A stretch of DNA of 64,000 bases from a virus (lineage: Duplodnaviria; Caudoviricetes): the IMG/VR virus record IMGVR_UViG_3300031836_000002, positions 32,001-96,000 of that record, one strand, 5' to 3'. A program made the translations under genes and the position numbers. The notes beneath the pieces were generated by a model that was given only the letters and a program-made list of their open reading frames with translations, was not told the DNA's origin and searched no databases. Position 1 is the stretch's first letter. Each line of letters opens with the position of its first letter. Positions 55,515-64,000 of the stretch are shown here, one piece after another.

Positions 55515-58072
55515 AGTGAGATCCCCACAGTCAGTTCGTCGGCATTCACGTTCTCAGGAGCCACCGTCAGAGAAGCTCCTCCAAGGATGAGACTGATCTG
55601 GGGCTGGTGGTCAGCGGAGAGCGCATGCTTTGTATCTAGCTCTAGGTCTCCTTCAGGGGTGGCCACCGTCACGGAGTCGTGGCCGGGGTTCTTCTTAAGG
55701 AATGCTTCGAACTTGGTCCACTGGTGCTCGTCAGGCATTTCCGACATCGTGATGACGATCCGCTGAGTCTCCATGGCCATGGCCAGATACTCCGGGTTGT
55801 GCGCCCACACGGGTTCGTCGTCATCCTCGATCTCCTGCTCTGGTTCCAAATTCTTCTTTGGGGCGTCATCGAGCTTGGGTTCGGGCATGGCTGGAATGGA
55901 GGCAGGGAAGCTGGGTAGCTCCTCGCCTTTGGAGTCAGCCATGTGCTTGTAAGCATCCACGATGTCATCGAAGATCTCGTCAACATCTTCGATGGAGTAG
56001 TTCAGGATCTGCTTGGTTTCCTTGTCTAGGTTCAGCTCAACTACGGATCCCCACTTCATGCCCTCGTGCCAGTCGGCCCGGATGTATGGCAGTCCCTTGA
56101 CCGCGAAAGTAACGGCAGGGTTCACGATGTCGATGACCGTCTGCGTGGCCACAGACTCATGCACGTAGAACTCCAGTGCGTCGTGCACGGACATGACCAA
56201 GCGAATCCCTCCTACAGGGATCGTTCCATCTGCCTCGGCGCGTTTGATGGCCTTGTTGGTGCGGATCATGCCGATCTTGAGGTAGTCCGCTGCCCCACCC
56301 TGAACAGGCGCGTTGACACACATACGGTCACCCTTGGCGCGGATCCAGTCACGAGAGTCTCGGTATTCCCAGAGCGTGAACTTGCGCTTGAATAGTGTCT
56401 CCACGTAGCCCTGCTGTCGGCCTTCAGATACGCGCTCATCCATCCAGCGCTTGAGTCCGGGGAAGGCTGCGAAGTACTTCTCCAAAAGCTCCTGAGCATC
56501 TTCTGTGGTGACAGGGTTCTCTGGGCTGGTCAGCATCTCGGCAATGTTCTTTGCGCCAGATCCGTAGACCACCGCGAAGTTGAGAGTTTTTCCATTGCTT
56601 CGTTGCGCCTTGGTGACCTCATCGAGAGGGATGTTCATCATGGATGAAGCTGTCGCCTTGTGGATGTCCACGTCGTCGGCAAACGCCCTGAGTAGAGCTG
56701 CTTCCTGAGCCACCCCAGCCAGAACTCGTAGCTCCACTTGGGAGAAGTCGAAGCCCACGATTCGGTAGCCCTCAGGGGCACACAGAAGGTCTCGGAAGTT
56801 CAGGTCATACGTGCGGCCACTCGCCAGTTCGTAGTGGTATGGCTTCGGCCATTGCTGGTAGGGTACGTGATCCACAGACATGCGGCCCGTGAGCGCGCCT
56901 GCTTGGTTGTGGTTCGGGTAGGCTCGCCCATTCCCGGCGTAGTTGAGAGAGGTGTGGTACTTCTTCAGGTAGGAGCCATGGAGCTTGGAGATCTCCTTCC
57001 ACTCCAAAATCTTCTTGATGACTGGATCCTTCTTGGCCAGTCCTCGGAGAGCCTCTTCGTCCGTGCTCGGCTGGTTAGTCTCCGTGCGCTTGGAGATGGG
57101 CAGTCCCAGCCCTTCCTGAGGGTCGTAGAGAACCTTTTGGAGCTGTGCCGGTGAGGCTAGGTTGGTCGTGACGATTCGATCTAACCGAACACTTAGCTCG
57201 GACAGGATCTCTTCGTTGGCGAAGTCCCGGAACTCCAGTACCTCGGTGGCCTTCTTCTCGATGGTCGCCCAGTCGAGGTACAGCCCCTCAATCTCCATGT
57301 CAATGAGCACGGGAAGTAGCTCCATCTCAACGTTGAAGATGAACTGGTCCTTCATTTCCGGGTAGTGCTTCTCGTCCAGTGCGAGACACCAGACGGCATC
57401 CTCACAGGCATAGTTGATGACTCGTGGATCTGTGGAGTCGAGTAGATGGAAGCGCTTGTCCTTCGGCGGCTTCTTTCCCATCTCGGCGTACAGAGTCGCG
57501 AATAGCTCAGAGAATGTCATCATGGTGTGATCAAAGGCCAGCTTCGTCACGCCCTTGAGGTCCTTGGTCGAGAGACCGGCACGGACAGGCTCGTACTCCG
57601 CGGCCAGCCATACTTCCAACATCGAGTCGGCGCGGCCTTGGAAGAGTCCGTGAGCTGCACGCACTTCCTCCCCCAGCTCAAAGTCGTCCCAGAGAATGTC
57701 GATGAAGAAACGGCGGCATCCCTTTACCTCGAAGGAGAGATTGTGTGCCACGATCAAGGGCTTGCCTTCGGCATCCCTTGCCGTCAGTAGCCTCCAGAGA
57801 GATCTAGCGGTCGCAGTCACGTCGTCAACATTGTTGCCCTCAGCGTGGGCAATGGGGACGTAGCGTGCCCAGTCAGTCGAGTTGGTGAAGCTGAATCCTG
57901 TGAGGAACCAGTCCGGGTGGAACTGCTGAAGTGCACCCTTTTCGATGAAGTGCGGGGAGCTATAGCTCGACTCGATGTCGAAGCCTACAGGCCTTCCCTG
58001 CTTAATCATCCGGGCGACGAACTTGTCAAAGTTTTCGGCGGAGCGGACTGCCCCGTAGTTGCGCGTGCTCAA
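55511..58072 (-). CDS. family A DNA polymerase with 3'-5' exonuclease
   Basis: FDIES, YACED, TGRMS, DFSQVELR, KTLNFAVVYG, VHDAL. Confidence 0.95.
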   Translation of the reverse strand: MSTRNYGAVRSAENFDKFVARMIKQGRPVGFDIESSYSSPHFIEKGALQQFHPDWFLTGFSFTNSTDWARYVPIAHAEGNNVDDVTATARSLWRLLTARDAEGKPLIVAHNLSFEVKGCRRFFIDILWDDFELGEEVRAAHGLFQGRADSMLEVWLAAEYEPVRAGLSTKDLKGVTKLAFDHTMMTFSELFATLYAEMGKKPPKDKRFHLLDSTDPRVINYACEDAVWCLALDEKHYPEMKDQFIFNVEMELLPVLIDMEIEGLYLDWATIEKKATEVLEFRDFANEEILSELSVRLDRIVTTNLASPAQLQKVLYDPQEGLGLPISKRTETNQPSTDEEALRGLAKKDPVIKKILEWKEISKLHGSYLKKYHTSLNYAGNGRAYPNHNQAGALTGRMSVDHVPYQQWPKPYHYELASGRTYDLNFRDLLCAPEGYRIVGFDFSQVELRVLAGVAQEAALLRAFADDVDIHKATASSMMNIPLDEVTKAQRSNGKTLNFAVVYGSGAKNIAEMLTSPENPVTTEDAQELLEKYFAAFPGLKRWMDERVSEGRQQGYVETLFKRKFTLWEYRDSRDWIRAKGDRMCVNAPVQGGAADYLKIGMIRTNKAIKRAEADGTIPVGGIRLVMSVHDALEFYVHESVATQTVIDIVNPAVTFAVKGLPYIRADWHEGMKWGSVVELNLDKETKQILNYSIEDVDEIFDDIVDAYKHMADSKGEELPSFPASIPAMPEPKLDDAPKKNLEPEQEIEDDDEPVWAHNPEYLAMAMETQRIVITMSEMPDEHQWTKFEAFLKKNPGHDSVTVATPEGDLELDTKHALSADHQPQISLILGGASLTVAPENVNADELTVGISL

Positions 58073-58674
58073 GCTGAATCCTTTAGAAATATGGCTTTGT
58101 GGACCGGGTGAACTTTGGTGACCCGCTGGAGTGATTTTTTGGAAACGAGAGTGTAGAACCTTGTGGCTTTGGTGACGGCCCCACTTGCCCGTCTGCGGAG
58201 GAACTCCCTGCTAAGGGAGACTATGCACTGGCTGCGATCCAGAACGAACCTCCCCAGCGAGATCTCTTCGATGGTGGTCACCGTCAGGACAGGGATGTCC
58301 CTCGTCCACGAGAGGTCTGAAGACTCATTCTCGATCACAACAAGGTTTTCCAAGGAGGGGTCTGAGACCAGCATTTCGTCAGCGAGTTGATGGACCAAAT
58401 CCTTCATGACCTCGCGGGCTGCGGGTTCATCACCCTCCTCGAACACTAGAACCTGCCGGGACTCGTCCAACATCTCCTTGGCTACATCCCCCGGAGCCTT
58501 CAACGGTTTTCCAGCAAGATCCGCTTCAACGGAGTTAGTGCTGCCCTCACGAGTAGGAGAACAGAAGCGCACACAGGGATGGTCAAAATAACTATCGCTA
58601 TGAGTGCCTGAGCTATGAGGGTGAAGAAGACTATCCAGTCCATGATTACCTTTCGTCTTTCTCTTATACGCCGA

Positions 58675-59670
58675 TCACCAGAAAACGACAATCGCTTCCA
58701 TGACTCCAACCGAAGCTCCTCCTCGGATGGTCTCGTCGGCGGTAGAAAGGACGGTACGGATCTGGAGTCTACGCTTAGGGTCGTAGTGCTTGGCCACAGG
58801 AAGAAGCTCCTTGACCAAGAAATTCTTGTTTCCGGCAGCTCGTGCAATCTCACTCGGTGTCTTGTACTCAGTCTGCATATCGTGGACAAGTCCGGCTAGA
58901 TCCAAGCGAGCATCCAGCAATCCAATCATGCGTCCGTACTCGGACACAGGAAGCTTCTCCAGTGCCAGTAGAGCGGTCGGCTTGTCGAGTGCTAGCAAAG
59001 CGTCAGAGAAGCTATCACGGGGCTGCTCAGCTAGCATCCCGTTGATGGTGGTCAGAGTAATCTCCGCGGGGAAGAGGGCCAGCTTGACGCAGAGGTCGCG
59101 AACCATTCGGAGATCCCCGTTGGCTCTTTCCAGAAGATGGCCAGCTATCCCTTCCCGCATCTTCACCTTGGACTGGACCCATGCAACCGCGTGATGTGCC
59201 GTCGATGACGTATAGGGCCTGCATTCAATGATGTGGCCCTTTCCTGTGATGGTGGCAATGTGGGGCTGGGTGGCTCCCTTGAGATTCTTCCGGCGCTCGT
59301 CCTCGGTCGGTGGGATCCGTGGGACCTTCTCCTCGTTGGAGACGAAGATGACATGCGTCTTGGGGTTCTCAGACCGGGCTTTGACCCACGATATGAGGTG
59401 ACTCCAGTCCTTGAGGTTCTCAGCATTCCGAATGACCGCCAAGCGGTTCCCGCCACCGACAGGGTGCTGGTTCAGCTCGGTCCAGATCAGGCGCTCGGAG
59501 TCGGATCCTGCGGCCAGAGAGATGTAGCTCCATGGGTCTAGGTCGAGAGCTGCTCGGACTTCCGAGATGACCTCCTCCATGAGCACCCTCTCGGTGCCAC
59601 ACAGCCAAGTGATCTGTCGAACTCCTCGACCCTTTGCGAGTGCTGCACGCCACATGCTGAATGTGCTCAT
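58675..59670 (-). CDS. DNA polymerase III delta (HolA)-like clamp-loader subunit
   Basis: LCGTE, RLAVIRNAE, GDLR...KL patterns; next to delta'-like gene. Confidence 0.6.
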   Translation of the reverse strand: MSTFSMWRAALAKGRGVRQITWLCGTERVLMEEVISEVRAALDLDPWSYISLAAGSDSERLIWTELNQHPVGGGNRLAVIRNAENLKDWSHLISWVKARSENPKTHVIFVSNEEKVPRIPPTEDERRKNLKGATQPHIATITGKGHIIECRPYTSSTAHHAVAWVQSKVKMREGIAGHLLERANGDLRMVRDLCVKLALFPAEITLTTINGMLAEQPRDSFSDALLALDKPTALLALEKLPVSEYGRMIGLLDARLDLAGLVHDMQTEYKTPSEIARAAGNKNFLVKELLPVAKHYDPKRRLQIRTVLSTADETIRGGASVGVMEAIVVFW

Positions 59671-59971
59671 GCGTGAGGCAAAGACTTGACGCAAGCGGAG
59701 CATGCCACCCCGGATACTGGAAGCATAGGGTTGTCGGCGCGCTGAACCCCAGAGACTGTGGTTCCCCGGCGAACCACGTGCTCGTAGTCGATGGTGCAGT
59801 GTCCGGAGTACTGAGCATCGAACTTTCGGCCCACCAGCTCGTAGTCGTGTTCGGTGTCGCCAAATTCTTCTTCGTCGCCCAGCTTGTCACCTAGGCAGTG
59901 GGAACAGAAGGCCATGGGCAGGCCGGAGATTTCACAGTCCTCATCGGCGGGAAGTAGTGGGACCTTGGACA

Positions 59972-60772
59972 TTATGCTCCTCGAAGAACGCTCATCAGGT
60001 TGGATCGAACTACCAACCTTGGTCGGATGTTGGGACGCAGGGCCGCCAGAATCTTCAAGGGCAGTGCCTTTCCCGGCAGGTCTGTCTCTGACTCAGAGAA
60101 TATACTCCAACGCTGGGTGATGGACTCCCTACACCATGTGGCCAGTAACTCGGTGTGCTGATCAGTCCAGAGATCTGCCAGTCGGTCGAGAGAGGCAGCG
60201 TTGCGTTCACGGAAAGCCTTCAGGAGGGACAGGACCAAAGGCTTGATGTCGTTGCCTTCGAAGGCCTCCAATGCGCGCTGCACGGACCCCTGAGACAGCT
60301 CAGAGAACACCTTGGCCTCGGTCGAGTTGAACTTCTTGTCGAGAAGAACTGACTCCACCTCAGACGTGGACAATGTAGAGAACTCGAACTGAGAAGCCCG
60401 TGAAGATATTGTGGTCAGCGGATCCGACTCAGACACCAGAATGATCCGGGCGTACATGAGACGGGACTCCAGAACCTTCAGGAGAGTGTTTAGAGCCTCC
60501 GGTCGCGCTTTGTCAATCTGGACGATGACCAGCTTTAGCTCGCTCTTTTGAGGAGCCAGCTGAGCGAACCAGACTAGGTTGGTCGCACTCTCTGCCGTGA
60601 GTGTTCGGATCCGAAGAACGTCCGCACTGGACACTCTCCAGAATGTTCGAAGGTGCTCGGCGGTGGCCCACTTCCCTACTGAGGGAGGACCACTGAACAG
60701 CAAGACGCTGGGGACCTCGGACCCCTCGCGCTTCAGCTCATCCAAAATCTTCTTGTGTCCGTAGATGGGCAT
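59972..60772 (-). CDS. DNA polymerase III delta' (HolB)-like clamp-loader subunit
   Basis: IYGH, LLFSGPPSVGK, ALNTLLKVLE, TISSR. Confidence 0.8.
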   Translation of the reverse strand: MPIYGHKKILDELKREGSEVPSVLLFSGPPSVGKWATAEHLRTFWRVSSADVLRIRTLTAESATNLVWFAQLAPQKSELKLVIVQIDKARPEALNTLLKVLESRLMYARIILVSESDPLTTISSRASQFEFSTLSTSEVESVLLDKKFNSTEAKVFSELSQGSVQRALEAFEGNDIKPLVLSLLKAFRERNAASLDRLADLWTDQHTELLATWCRESITQRWSIFSESETDLPGKALPLKILAALRPNIRPRLVVRSNLMSVLRGA

Positions 60773-61431
60773 TACTGATTCCCTACGGCTATGGCCACCT
60801 CGCGCCGGAGGCGAACAAGCCAGTTCTGGATGGTGGTCTTGGACACCTCGAACTTCTCGGACAGCTCGGCCACGTTCACCTTGTCGATGTCCTCGGTCTG
60901 GATGAGGATGGCTTCGAAGAGCACATCCAGCTTGCAGAGGTCTTGAGAGTTCAGAGGAGGAACGGAGTGCAGGTGGACCCGGATCTGCTGAAGGAAATCC
61001 TGAGCTTCCAGTTCGTAGTGGTCCACCACTCGTGATGTCTCTGCTACCTCGATCCACGTGGTCTCGGAGTTCGATTCGCCCCCAAGGCTGACAGGGGTTT
61101 CCGTCGAGAAACCCTCGCGGTGAATCAGCTTGCCTTGGCGATCCCGGTAGTGGCGGACGTAGATGGCCACGAACCCTGAAAGGAGCGTCCGGAACTTGGC
61201 GTGCTTCTGAGCTTCTTTGCGAACAGAAATGTGATCCGGTGAGTACTGAGAGAGGACATCCTTCTCGAAAAAGGTGGTGAGGATGCTCATGGCCACGTCC
61301 TCGGCATTCTTGGGGTAGATGCCTTGAGTGACTACGAAGCGGACCACGTAGTCGTAGTAGTGGCGAAAGAGATCTTCGTAGGACGTGGGGACGTAATCTT
61401 CTTTGAGTCGTGCGGGGGCTGTTGTCCTCAT
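60772..61431 (-). CDS. phage RNA polymerase sigma factor (ECF-like)
   Basis: YEDLF..YY...AEDV region 2; C-terminal HTH VSKTTIQNWL.RLR. Confidence 0.7.
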   Translation of the reverse strand: MRTTAPARLKEDYVPTSYEDLFRHYYDYVVRFVVTQGIYPKNAEDVAMSILTTFFEKDVLSQYSPDHISVRKEAQKHAKFRTLLSGFVAIYVRHYRDRQGKLIHREGFSTETPVSLGGESNSETTWIEVAETSRVVDHYELEAQDFLQQIRVHLHSVPPLNSQDLCKLDVLFEAILIQTEDIDKVNVAELSEKFEVSKTTIQNWLVRLRREVAIAVGNQ

Positions 61432-61591
61432 GGGGATCTCCTCAGTACTGTGTGACCTAGTTGTTTTGAAAAACAAGAAGCGGTGAACGTTTCCATTCAC
61501 CGCTTCTTACTGTAGGTCAACACAGCTAGTTCAGGAGACATCCAGAACTGGTGTCAACTGTAGCATGCAGCCCACAGAAGCGGAGCCTGTT

Positions 61592-62092
61592 TTACGTTTT
61601 TGCTGCTGTGACCATGGCCGACTTCTTGATGTACCACGTGCAGTGCACCGCAGACTCAGACCCTAGCTGTTTCTGGACCTCGCGCACAACCTCAGGATCA
61701 TCGTCCCAGAGAATCATCTCGCTGTAGGTGACTCCTTGAAGTGCTCGCTTGGCCTTAAGTTCCAGCATGTAGTTCGCCTTGAACGTGGCCAGCGGAAGCT
61801 TGGTTCCCATGGGCTTCATATGAATCCTCAGAGTGGGAAATTCGTGGTACCAAAGCCATGCCCGCGTGGTGCCTCGGAGATCCTCACGACGGCCTGTGAG
61901 AAGTTCCACGTCGTAGCCCTCGGCAAGTTTCTGAGTGATAAGGTCCCAGCCTTGTGGGAGGACCTTATCTGCCATCATATTCTGCTCGCTGAAGTACTGA
62001 ATCCAGTTCTTGTCGAGCGCGTAGTGGATCCGGATTGAATCGTCAGCTAGAACGCCGTCGATGTCTATGAGTGCTAATTTACGGGATTCCAT
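61592..62092 (-). CDS. HAD-family phosphatase (PNK phosphatase-like)
   Basis: DIDG, TGR, K, WDDD motifs. Confidence 0.85.
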   Translation of the reverse strand: MESRKLALIDIDGVLADDSIRIHYALDKNWIQYFSEQNMMADKVLPQGWDLITQKLAEGYDVELLTGRREDLRGTTRAWLWYHEFPTLRIHMKPMGTKLPLATFKANYMLELKAKRALQGVTYSEMILWDDDPEVVREVQKQLGSESAVHCTWYIKKSAMVTAAKT

Positions 62093-62175
62093 GGTGTCTC
62101 CTCGTTTGTTGCATTGACCTTGAATTGAGTGCCCCGTTGCGATTGAACGCCACGGCAGACCGTGGGGCTGGTGGT

Positions 62176-62493
62176 TTAGAACCAGTGAGCTACGGGAGCA
62201 TCCTCGATTTCTGGCTGCTCCTCACCGTCCTCCTCCGCCTCGGCCATGGCTACTGCCCCGTTCATGGCCTGAATCAGGGGAACCTGAGAGAGGTGAGGAA
62301 CTGAGTGACGTGCCATGGGGAGTCCCGTCGAAGGGCGGAAGACAGCCAAGTGAAGCTGTCCCATGGTGGGGACCACGAGAGAGTGTCCGGGCTGGATACT
62401 CTCCGCGGTTCCAATGACGATGGCAGCTCGCTGCAATCCCCGCTCATTGACGAAGGTAACTGCCTGTCCAAGAGTGCGTGTGTTTTCTGACAT
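62176..62493 (-). CDS. hypothetical protein
   Basis: after promoter module. Confidence 0.7.
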   Translation of the reverse strand: MSENTRTLGQAVTFVNERGLQRAAIVIGTAESIQPGHSLVVPTMGQLHLAVFRPSTGLPMARHSVPHLSQVPLIQAMNGAVAMAEAEEDGEEQPEIEDAPVAHWF

Positions 62494-62563
62494 AGTGTGT
62501 CTCCTTGTTTTGTGAAATGACCTTATGTCTTCAAGATACACACCTTGGACGGCAATTGCAACC
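62494..62563 (-). promoter_or_regulatory. repeated promoter-RBS module (divergent copy)
   Basis: GGTTGCAATTGCC, TG-n-TATCTT, TAAGGTCA, GGAGACAC. Confidence 0.65.
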
Positions 62564-62835
62564 TAGTCCACGTTTTCTTCTTTTTTGATCTGAGCTTTCT
62601 CCTTGCGATCCTTGAGGATCTCGTCTAGCTCGGAGGTAGCTACCACGTAGGTAGCCTGATTTCCGACACGGTGGAGAGTCTTGTAGCCACCAACTTGGCC
62701 AAACCGGCTGGCCTTCTTGTAGCTATGTTGGCGGGTGATCCCTATGATCTCGGCAGCCTCTGTGAGATTTACCCATCCCTCCAGAACTGGAAGCTCTGGA
62801 TTCTCGGACAGCTTTACCTTGGGGCTATTCGCCAC
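62563..62835 (-). CDS. HTH DNA-binding protein
   Basis: NLTEAAEIIGITRQ. Confidence 0.7.
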   Translation of the reverse strand: MANSPKVKLSENPELPVLEGWVNLTEAAEIIGITRQHSYKKASRFGQVGGYKTLHRVGNQATYVVATSELDEILKDRKEKAQIKKEENVD

Positions 62836-63496
62836 GGTGTTCTCCTAACGTCTTGCTCATTATCTGTTTGGTGATTGCAAGCCACTTGGTGGCCTCCCCT
62901 TCATCCCGTACTCGTGGCAGAAGCTCCAAGCACAGGCGAAACTTTGTGGCTATCGGAGGATCAAATTGAACGTCCTCCCAGTCTGGGTCCATGCGTCCAC
63001 ACGCTACCTTCAGAGCCTCTGAAAGTGCGTCCTTGTCCACAGTGACAGTGATGGTTGTTGCGGCGGTCCAGCGGCTCTCTAGGTCCGGTGGGACGTATCC
63101 TGTGTGGTCGAGGATGACATCCGCGGCTTCCTCTTCCGAGATCCCACGGTCGAGTGAGAGAAGTCGAACAGGGTTGAACCAACCACATCCGGCGAAGCAG
63201 AAGGCTGTCTCGGTCTCTGTGTACACACGGAGCGACTTCGATGTTCCGCCATCTGCATGGTAGAGATGTCCAAATGGGCAGTACTGCTTCGAGTTTCCAT
63301 ACTCAGAAACGTCAGATCCAATCATCTGGAAAACCGCGGCCATGGAGGATCGGCTGTTTGCCAGCGCAATGGGGCTTAGTTCGTCCACAGGCGTCTCCGG
63401 AACCGTATCGCGAGCGTCAGTAGGGTTCCCCAAATAATGGCCTCTAGAACGACGAACAGGATGAGCATGGGTAGCCAGAAGTTGGCCACGAACCAT
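62825..63496 (-). CDS. primase CHC2 Zn-finger-containing protein (start uncertain)
   Basis: CPFG..H.D...S.RVY...CFAGC. Confidence 0.65.
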   Translation of the reverse strand: MVRGQLLATHAHPVRRSRGHYLGNPTDARDTVPETPVDELSPIALANSRSSMAAVFQMIGSDVSEYGNSKQYCPFGHLYHADGGTSKSLRVYTETETAFCFAGCGWFNPVRLLSLDRGISEEEAADVILDHTGYVPPDLESRWTAATTITVTVDKDALSEALKVACGRMDPDWEDVQFDPPIATKFRLCLELLPRVRDEGEATKWLAITKQIMSKTLGEHRGE

Positions 63497-63505
63497 GGCA
63501 GGAAC

Positions 63506-63940
63506 TCACTCATGGCGATCCTTGATCTTGAAGAGCCAGCCGTAGGTGGACTTGGTGCTGTCCTCTGGACGCTTGGGGGTCTCGCCAGCTCGGACGAAGT
63601 TGCCTCCGCGCCGAATACTCCAGACGAAGAATCCAAGCTCGATCTGCTTGCCAAGGAACAGTCCTAGCATCAGTGCTCGCCAACGCCAGTTGGGGATGGG
63701 CACGTTGAGGTACAGGTGAGCGTGGCCTGTGCTCGTGGACTCGACATGAGCGTGATCGAAGTCAAGATCGAGGATGGGCATCTGCCTACCGTCGTCTGTG
63801 ATAGAGCTAACAAGATTTCCGTGCTCCGGCACACTCGAAGGCCACCGATCTTCACTGCGCTTGTACTTGATCAGGGAGACGATGAGAGGCTCGTCTTCGA
63901 TCCCCAGCTTGGGTGCAAACCAGATTGTGCGCTTAGACAT
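63506..63940 (-). CDS. hypothetical protein
   Basis: GGAGAC RBS before MSKRT. Confidence 0.6.
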   Translation of the reverse strand: MSKRTIWFAPKLGIEDEPLIVSLIKYKRSEDRWPSSVPEHGNLVSSITDDGRQMPILDLDFDHAHVESTSTGHAHLYLNVPIPNWRWRALMLGLFLGKQIELGFFVWSIRRGGNFVRAGETPKRPEDSTKSTYGWLFKIKDRHE

Positions 63941-64000
63941 GGCGGTCTCCTGAGGTAACTTTTCGGTAGAGGATGATGGGGAGCTTGATAACAATGAACC

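Noticed and set aside
60773-61057. N-terminal extension of the 59972..61057 ORF
   Set aside because: Overlaps the sigma gene; the delta'-like sequence begins at MPIYGH (60772) with TAATG coupling
62-63958. Plus-strand ORFs in the supplied track
   Set aside because: Antisense shadows of tiled minus-strand genes or tRNAs, without RBS or recognisable motifs

Overview
A 64-kb segment of a large actinobacteriophage genome (about 57% GC by eye; host probably an actinomycete; no integrase or structural genes in the window). Nearly all genes are on the minus strand. From 1 to 40 kb it is an accessory/early region of small genes. About 27 copies of one promoter-operator-RBS module punctuate the window, most of them in this region. 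It also holds mosaic ORFs built from shared modules, a Cas4-like nuclease, SbcD and SbcC, a DNA methyltransferase, an HNH-AP2 endonuclease, a dNMP kinase and a stand-alone LigA domain Ia. From 40.2 to 47.6 kb there are 29 tRNAs covering all 20 amino acids, interleaved with tRNA-like and other structured RNAs. From 48 to 64 kb is a replication/recombination block: Orn, RecA, RuvC-like, SSB, family-A polymerase, delta/delta' clamp-loader-like subunits, a sigma factor and a primase zinc finger. Main finding: the two large tRNA operons are each preceded by a sigma70-type promoter, a leaderless leader peptide and a terminator/antiterminator switch. Each leader's codons match the tRNAs of its own operon: MNTFSHLLPEDYFG precedes Pro/His/Asp/Glu/Tyr/Phe/Leu, and MRKNQSKQVMGSAIVANRSTSGLS precedes Ser/Lys/Gly/Thr/Val/Asn/Arg/Gln/Cys/Ile/Ala/Met. 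This looks like ribosome-mediated attenuation that senses host tRNA depletion and switches on phage tRNA supply. All calls were read by hand; no searches were run.
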